Below are positions 28,531-32,893 of a stretch of DNA of 32,893 bases, piece by piece. Both the position numbers and the translations under genes were made by a program. Below the pieces are notes generated by a model. It worked only from the letters and a program-made list of their open reading frames with translations. It had not been told where the DNA came from and searched no databases. This stretch comes from Candidatus Eiseniibacteriota bacterium. GTDB lineage: Bacteria; Chloroflexota; Limnocylindria; Limnocylindrales; CSP1-4. Numbering within the stretch: position 1 is the first letter of the stretch; each line of letters begins with the position of its first letter. Where the stretch lies: positions 1 through 32,893 of the forward strand of contig DASQFM010000101.1 in the NCBI GenBank assembly GCA_035633135.1, given 5' to 3'.

Positions 28531-29316
28531 ATGGAGGACAAGCAGCGCGTTCTGCTGAAACGGCGCCTCGATGGGGCTCGTCGACGCGCGGCCGCGTGGA
28601 GCGAACCGCGAGGGCCACATGCCGGAAAGGGCACCGAGCAGTGTCCCGTGCCCGCTACGCATGACAAGTTGGACGAGGTCCACTACTTCCTCCATCGCTT
28701 GTTGCTGGAATTCCACCACCCGGTCGAGTTCCGATGGACGCTCAATGCCTACCTTCAGGCGTCTCGCTCCGTCCTCCACATGGCACGGCGGGAACTCCGA
28801 AGTCATGAAGGTTTCGATGGTTGGTGGTCAACCTCGAATGCCGCGCTCAATGCGAGTCCTCTGACCAAGCGGGTCATCGACTCTCGGAACTTCGTCGTTC
28901 ACCAAGGGATGCTGTCGCAGACGAGCGAGACGATGACCGGCATTTTCCGCGGCCGGACCTTCAAGCTCGGCTTCGGAGGGCCCGTCCCTAACGACTGGTA
29001 CTCGGAGAACCTTCTCCGGTTTGTCGCCAACGTCTGGACCGGGGTCTTTCTCGACAGGGCCCACACCTCCATCGGCGAGCAGTTCGGCATCAGGCGCGAG
29101 TGGCGGGTGGCTGAACTGGGCGATGGGGACGTGGTCGCCCTCTGCGTCGAGGCGCACGGCCTCCTCGCCGGGTTCGTTGTCTCGGCGCACGAGTTCGGCG
29201 GTACGGCGATGATGCCGGAGGCCCCTGAGCCGAAGGGGTCCCATGACCCAGACCGCTACAACGTCCTTCTGGAAACGGACCTTGATCCGACGCTGCTCAC
29301 GAGGTGGGGCTGGTAA
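28531..29316 (+). CDS. hypothetical protein with HEPN-like RNxxxH motif
   Basis: ATG at 28531; the ORF maximum is 28420. Helical N-terminal half (LDEVHYFLHRLLLEF...) followed by IDSRNFVVHQG (R-N-x3-H-x-G) encoded at 28885-28902. Confidence 0.5.
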   Translation: MEDKQRVLLKRRLDGARRRAAAWSEPRGPHAGKGTEQCPVPATHDKLDEVHYFLHRLLLEFHHPVEFRWTLNAYLQASRSVLHMARRELRSHEGFDGWWSTSNAALNASPLTKRVIDSRNFVVHQGMLSQTSETMTGIFRGRTFKLGFGGPVPNDWYSENLLRFVANVWTGVFLDRAHTSIGEQFGIRREWRVAELGDGDVVALCVEAHGLLAGFVVSAHEFGGTAMMPEAPEPKGSHDPDRYNVLLETDLDPTLLTRWGW

Positions 29317-29330
29317 GGGTCGCGGCGAGT

Positions 29331-29357
29331 GGCCGCAGTTGACCGCAGTTGACCGCG
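29331..29357. repeat. 10-bp direct repeat GRCCGCAGTT, 2.7 copies
   Basis: The sequence reads ggccgcagtt gaccgcagtt gaccgcg. It lies between the HEPN-like gene and the resolvase gene and is followed by the inverted repeat ATCAAG-n7-CTTGAT at 29370-29388. Confidence 0.7.
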
Positions 29358-29468
29358 AAACGGTCCAATATCAAGCAAACCCCTTGATTGACGGGGCGCG
29401 CAGAGGTAACACCTGACTCAAGGCCCCGGTGCATGACGGGCTCCTGGATCCCGGAGGACCTCCGCGCC

Positions 29469-30119
29469 ATGGGCAGGACCATCGCCTACATCCGCTGCTC
29501 GACCGAGGAGCAAGCTGACAGCCGGGCCGGGCTCGATGCCCAGCGCTCCGCCATCCTTGCCGAGGCCCAGCGCCGCGGCTGGGATAAGGCAGAGCTGACC
29601 TTCTTCGAGGACGCCGGTTACTCGGGCAAGGATCTCCGTCGACCGGGAATCGAGGCCGCACTCGACGCCCTGCGCCGCCGTCAGGGCGACACGCTCGTCG
29701 TGAGCAAGCTCGACCGCCTCTCGCGGTCGATGCTTGACTTCGCAGCACTCATGGATCGGGCAAGCCGGGAGCATTGGGCACTCGTGGCCCTCGACGTCGG
29801 CGTCGACACCACCACTCCGAGTGGCGAGATGCTAGCCAATGTTCTCGCCGTGTTCGCGCAATTCGAGCGGCGCCTGATTGGCGAACGAACGAAGGCAGCG
29901 CTAGCGGCGAAGAAGGCGCAAGGGATACAGCTCGGACGGCCCAGGTTGATCCCGGGCGAGGTAGTCGGCCGCATATTGGCCGAGCGGTCGACGGGAGCGA
30001 CCCTCAGGGCTATCGTCGCTGGGCTGAACCGCGATTCGGTCCCGACTGCAATGGGCGGTCATTCCTGGCACGTAGGCAGCGTTCAGGCTGTTCTTCGCCA
30101 GGGCTCGCGAGCTGGCTGA
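29469..30119 (+). CDS. small serine recombinase (resolvase/invertase family)
   Basis: ATG at 29469, 10 nt after GGAGGA. IAYIRCSTEEQ (catalytic Ser), VVSKLDRLSRS, GEMLANVLAVFAQFERRLIGERTKAALAAKKAQGIQLGRP, and a C-terminal HTH. Confidence 0.9.
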   Translation: MGRTIAYIRCSTEEQADSRAGLDAQRSAILAEAQRRGWDKAELTFFEDAGYSGKDLRRPGIEAALDALRRRQGDTLVVSKLDRLSRSMLDFAALMDRASREHWALVALDVGVDTTTPSGEMLANVLAVFAQFERRLIGERTKAALAAKKAQGIQLGRPRLIPGEVVGRILAERSTGATLRAIVAGLNRDSVPTAMGGHSWHVGSVQAVLRQGSRAG

Positions 30120-30422
30120 CACGGCCTCAACGCAGGCGCAGAGGATCGAGGGCGCCTTCCTTGGATCCGCGCCGCCCGACCTGTTGGCGGCTTTCGGGCG
30201 TCGACCGCTCCCCGAGCAGGCGTGGCGGATGCGCTACTTCTTGATGGTCCGCGCGACGGGCGCTTCGATTGCGTTCGCTTGGGTGGCAGCCATGCATGAC
30301 GGAGCTGCCGCCGATGCGGCGCGGCAACTGGTGGCCGAGACCAAGGATGCCGAAATTCTCGGAGCTGCCCGAGGTCCGAGTTAGGGAACCGCTGAAGCTG
30401 GCCCCGGGTTGCGGGCCGCGCC

Positions 30423-31127
30423 TCAGGGCTTGATCGCGGTCACGACGAGCCAGTCCCCATTGTCGGCCGTGCTGACGAAGTGAAACTGGTAATCGGGTGT
30501 CGAGTAGGTCGTGTCGAGCCCGGCGCGAGTCGTCGAGATGCGATCGGTCAGCCCCAAACGGTCCATCGCCTCTTGCTCGAGGGTCAGGACTTCGACGAGT
30601 AGCGTCTGCACGAGGGTCGCGAGCAGATAGCTGGGACCCGAGGCTGCGCCATCTCCACCCGGCGGGTTGGTCACGGCAAGGGCCCGAATGGTGCCGTCCT
30701 CATTGAGGATGCCGACGAGCGCACCACCGGCGAACTCCGCTCGAAAAGCGGGTCGACCAGCGTCGTCTACAGTCGGCTCCGGTAACGCCGATATTGCGAG
30801 CGAGCTGAGCCCGAGCGCGGCCGCCCTCACGTTCCAAAGGCTGACAAGGGAGTCGGGTTCGAGGGGGAGCTTGGACGCGTACGCGAGCCGTATCACGCCC
30901 GGTCGATCAAGGTCCGCCTGGACGGCCGCGTAGCCCGTCGGGAGCGGCGCGACCGTCGGGAGTGGGGCAGCGCTCGGCGTGGCACGTTGGGTCGGACCCG
31001 CTGTGCGGGTGGGCGCCGTCGGGCTCGGGCTCGCTGAGGTCGTGGTACCACACCCGATGACCGCGGCAGCCAACGCCGCCACGGCGACCGGGCGGCCAAG
31101 TCGACTTCGGCCCAGGTAGGGCCTCAC
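30423..31127 (-). CDS. putative lipoprotein, unknown function
   Basis: In-frame GTG at 31127 gives VRPYLGRSRLGRPVAVAALAAAVIGC/GTT (lipobox), then a Ser/Pro/Thr linker. The upstream part of the listed 345-aa ORF is Arg-rich noise. Confidence 0.6.
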   Translation of the reverse strand: MRPYLGRSRLGRPVAVAALAAAVIGCGTTTSASPSPTAPTRTAGPTQRATPSAAPLPTVAPLPTGYAAVQADLDRPGVIRLAYASKLPLEPDSLVSLWNVRAAALGLSSLAISALPEPTVDDAGRPAFRAEFAGGALVGILNEDGTIRALAVTNPPGGDGAASGPSYLLATLVQTLLVEVLTLEQEAMDRLGLTDRISTTRAGLDTTYSTPDYQFHFVSTADNGDWLVVTAIKP

Positions 31128-31146
31128 CGCCTGTCTCGCTGCATAT

Positions 31147-31395
31147 TCAGCGCGCGCCAAACGCTGCAGCGCAGGCTCGGATGTACCTGTCGCTCCAGTT
31201 CTTCTCCGGGTCGGGCTTGCCGATGAGCAAGTCCGCAGCAAGACCGGGCTGGTCGAGATCGAGGGCCGCAGACGCGACGCTGCTCGGGTGGTCCTTGCAC
31301 CAGATGCGGGCGGAGTCCGACAGGGTCGGGGCACACGCACCGAGGAGCGCCGCAGCCGCCAGAAGTAGCGTCGAGATGGGTGTTGGCGCTGGCAA
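31147..31395 (-). CDS. putative small lipoprotein (82 aa)
   Basis: TTG at 31395, 6 nt after GGAGGG. Signal/lipobox ISTLLLAAAALLGAC/APT. It ends 20 nt before the next lipoprotein gene. Confidence 0.5.
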   Translation of the reverse strand: MPAPTPISTLLLAAAALLGACAPTLSDSARIWCKDHPSSVASAALDLDQPGLAADLLIGKPDPEKNWSDRYIRACAAAFGAR

Positions 31396-31506
31396 ATGCA
31401 GACCCTCCGACGACAGCAACGGGCCGCGTGAACATACCGGCGTGTCGTCGCAAAGTCCACTCATAGTGCGTGGTGCCAGGGCTCGGTCCACTCCTAGCGT
31501 CGGAGT

Positions 31507-31758
31507 GTGCCAACCAAGCCCGAGCATGAGGTTCTCGTCGCCCTAGGACGGGCGGTTCGCTCGATCCGCCTCGAGCGCGGCTACTCGCAGGAGCGCCTCG
31601 CCGAGGAGTCGGGCCTCCATCCGCGGTACGTCAGCGACGTGGAGCTGGGCAAGCGCAACGTTGGGATGGTCAACGTCGACCGGCTGGCCGTTGCGCTTTC
31701 GGTGGATCTGTCCACTCTGATGGCAAAGGTCGAGGCCGCGCGCGCGTCCTCCGATTGA
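31507..31758 (+). CDS. XRE-family HTH transcriptional regulator
   Basis: LGRAVRSIRLERGYSQERLAEESGLHPRYVSDVELGKRNVGMVNVDRLAVAL. GTG start. Divergent from the lipoprotein operon. Confidence 0.8.
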   Translation: MPTKPEHEVLVALGRAVRSIRLERGYSQERLAEESGLHPRYVSDVELGKRNVGMVNVDRLAVALSVDLSTLMAKVEAARASSD

Positions 31759-32211
31759 CTCGATCGCAAGCCCGGCCGTCGCGCGAGAAGAACGAAACGC
31801 CCGGACCAACGGACGGCGCACGGCGCTCGGTCCGGTCGACTGGCAGTCCTTCTCGTCGTGGACCCTCCGCCTGCTTGCCACGGCTGGCGAGGCGGGCGAG
31901 CCGACGATGTACCCCGGGTACGGCAGGCGAGGTAGGCGTCGACTCGGCGCCCACATTGGCGGTCGGATCTTCTCGCGCTCCCTCGTTCATTTCCGACGGG
32001 AGCCTAGCAGCGGCCGAATGGGGGAGGGCGTCGAGAGTGCGCGCCGACTCTAATCGGGCCACCGATGAAGCCCCGCAAGTTCGAGGCTAGATCGGCCGGA
32101 GACGGGAGATTGCCCGGGAATTGCGTCCGATGGCTGCGACCGCATCGCCCTCGGTTAGCGGCGGTGGCTGCACTGGTTGGGAGCTTTGGAGCCATGCCAT
32201 GATGCGAGCCA

Positions 32212-32739
32212 ATGGATGAAGCGTGGGCGGTGGTCGGAACTTGGGCGGGTGCAGCCGCGACGTTCGCGGCGGTCGTGGTCGCTTTGTGGCTCGGCGGGCG
32301 GGAGCAGCGAGCACGCGGACGCGACGCACGCCGATACCAGGCTGAACGCATCACTGCCTGGCTGAGCGCGGCGCAGCGCACCGACTCAGAGGGTCGCGGA
32401 TGGGGTGGGCTCGTCTTGCGAAATGCCTCGGATCAAGTGGCCTATCGGTGCATCGCTACGGCCGTTGACGTCCGCGGATCCGCGGACGCCGCCCAAAATG
32501 GCTCGCTTGAATTCAGGGTATTACTGAGTCACGTTCCGCCGGGGACCGATAAGGTCGAGATTGAGCAGCTCGATGGCGCGATGGGGCTGCGCGCTGGGAT
32601 CGAGATCGCTTTCCAAGACGCGGCCGGGCACAACTGGCGGAGGAAGGCTGAGGGCGAGCTAGTCGAGATCAAGCAAGATCCCGCCTCCTACTACGGGCTA
32701 AGCGAACCGCTGCCGTGGCGCATATCCATTCGGGCATGA
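32212..32739 (+). CDS. hypothetical membrane-anchored protein
   Basis: ATG start. N-terminal helix AVVGTWAGAAATFAAVVVALWLGG, then a basic stretch and a ~120 aa soluble domain. No motif. Confidence 0.5.
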   Translation: MDEAWAVVGTWAGAAATFAAVVVALWLGGREQRARGRDARRYQAERITAWLSAAQRTDSEGRGWGGLVLRNASDQVAYRCIATAVDVRGSADAAQNGSLEFRVLLSHVPPGTDKVEIEQLDGAMGLRAGIEIAFQDAAGHNWRRKAEGELVEIKQDPASYYGLSEPLPWRISIRA

Positions 32740-32756
32740 CGTCGACCTAGAGCCGG

Positions 32757-32893
32757 ATGGAAATCGACCCCCTCGCCCTTTATGGCGCAACGCTGGCGAC
32801 CATCGTCTTTGCGATCCAGGTCTATCGCGAGCTGAATGATCGTCCGCGCCTGAAGGTCGTCGTGCGGACGGATTGGCCCGAATTCGCGCCAAA
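32757..32893 (+). CDS. hypothetical protein, N-terminal fragment (runs off the window)
   Basis: ATG at 32757, 18 nt after the previous stop. MEIDPLALYGATLATIVFAIQVYRELNDRPRLKVVVRTDW has the same N-terminal-helix architecture as the upstream gene. Confidence 0.3.
   Translation, partial: MEIDPLALYGATLATIVFAIQVYRELNDRPRLKVVVRTDWPEFAP

Noticed and set aside
30164-30182. GATCCGCGCCGCCCGACC after the resolvase gene, which loosely resembles the tRNA-Pro 3' end (AATCCTCTCGCCCCGACC). Considered as a possible attR.
   Set aside because: Only about 13/17 positions match, and the matching part is GC-rich and expected by chance in this genome. It is not sufficient to define an element boundary.
30184-30384. 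66-codon + strand ORF (TTG start) between the resolvase and the lipoprotein genes.
   Set aside because: It has no SD, no motif, and an Ala/Arg-rich composition. It could be real cargo, but the evidence is insufficient.
31759-32211. ORFs 31755..32090 +, 31670..32062 - and 32004..32381 - in the ~450-nt gap after the XRE gene.
   Set aside because: All are Arg/Ser/Pro-rich with no start-site support and mutually overlap. The region is better treated as unannotated or non-coding until transcript data exist.

Overview
Very GC-rich bacterial chromosome segment; the gene content (F420-type LLM oxidoreductase, ResB, ECF sigma, PucR next to glnA) suggests an actinobacterium-like organism, which is inference only. 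Bases 1-23446 look like ordinary core chromosome, almost all on the + strand. They carry a partial glycosyltransferase, a membrane-anchored parvulin PPIase, mazG-rph-rdgB (nucleotide-pool sanitation plus RNase PH), mtnB coupled to a cupin, tRNA-Pro(TGG), a lipoprotein, an ECF sigma/anti-sigma pair, MFS-LLM, a GGDEF cyclase, a PLP transsulfuration-family enzyme, an isolated resB, PucR-glnA, an XRE-fusion protein, a second MFS, a membrane protein and tRNA-Pro(CGG). From 23502 to the window end the content changes to an integrated mobile element. Its large serine recombinase gene ends inside tRNA-Pro(CGG). That gene is the last in a tightly overlapping module: xis-like HTH, RepA-like ATPase, two small ORFs, recombinase. 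Further right are three orphan genes (one with an RNxxxH HEPN-like motif), a small serine resolvase/invertase with repeats upstream, a two-lipoprotein operon divergent from an XRE repressor, and membrane-anchored orphans. Other points of note: a diverged duplicate of the rdgB 5' end flanking a ~330 bp lower-GC insert between rph and rdgB; a 19-bp x4 tandem repeat after the glnA terminator; a dense phased TGCA motif cluster inside the element; and a conserved leader motif shared by two genes next to the ECF sigma gene. No CRISPR array, rRNA or transposase was recognised. Many long ORFs in the track are antisense artefacts of high GC. All functional calls rest on motif recognition by eye, and no database search was possible.
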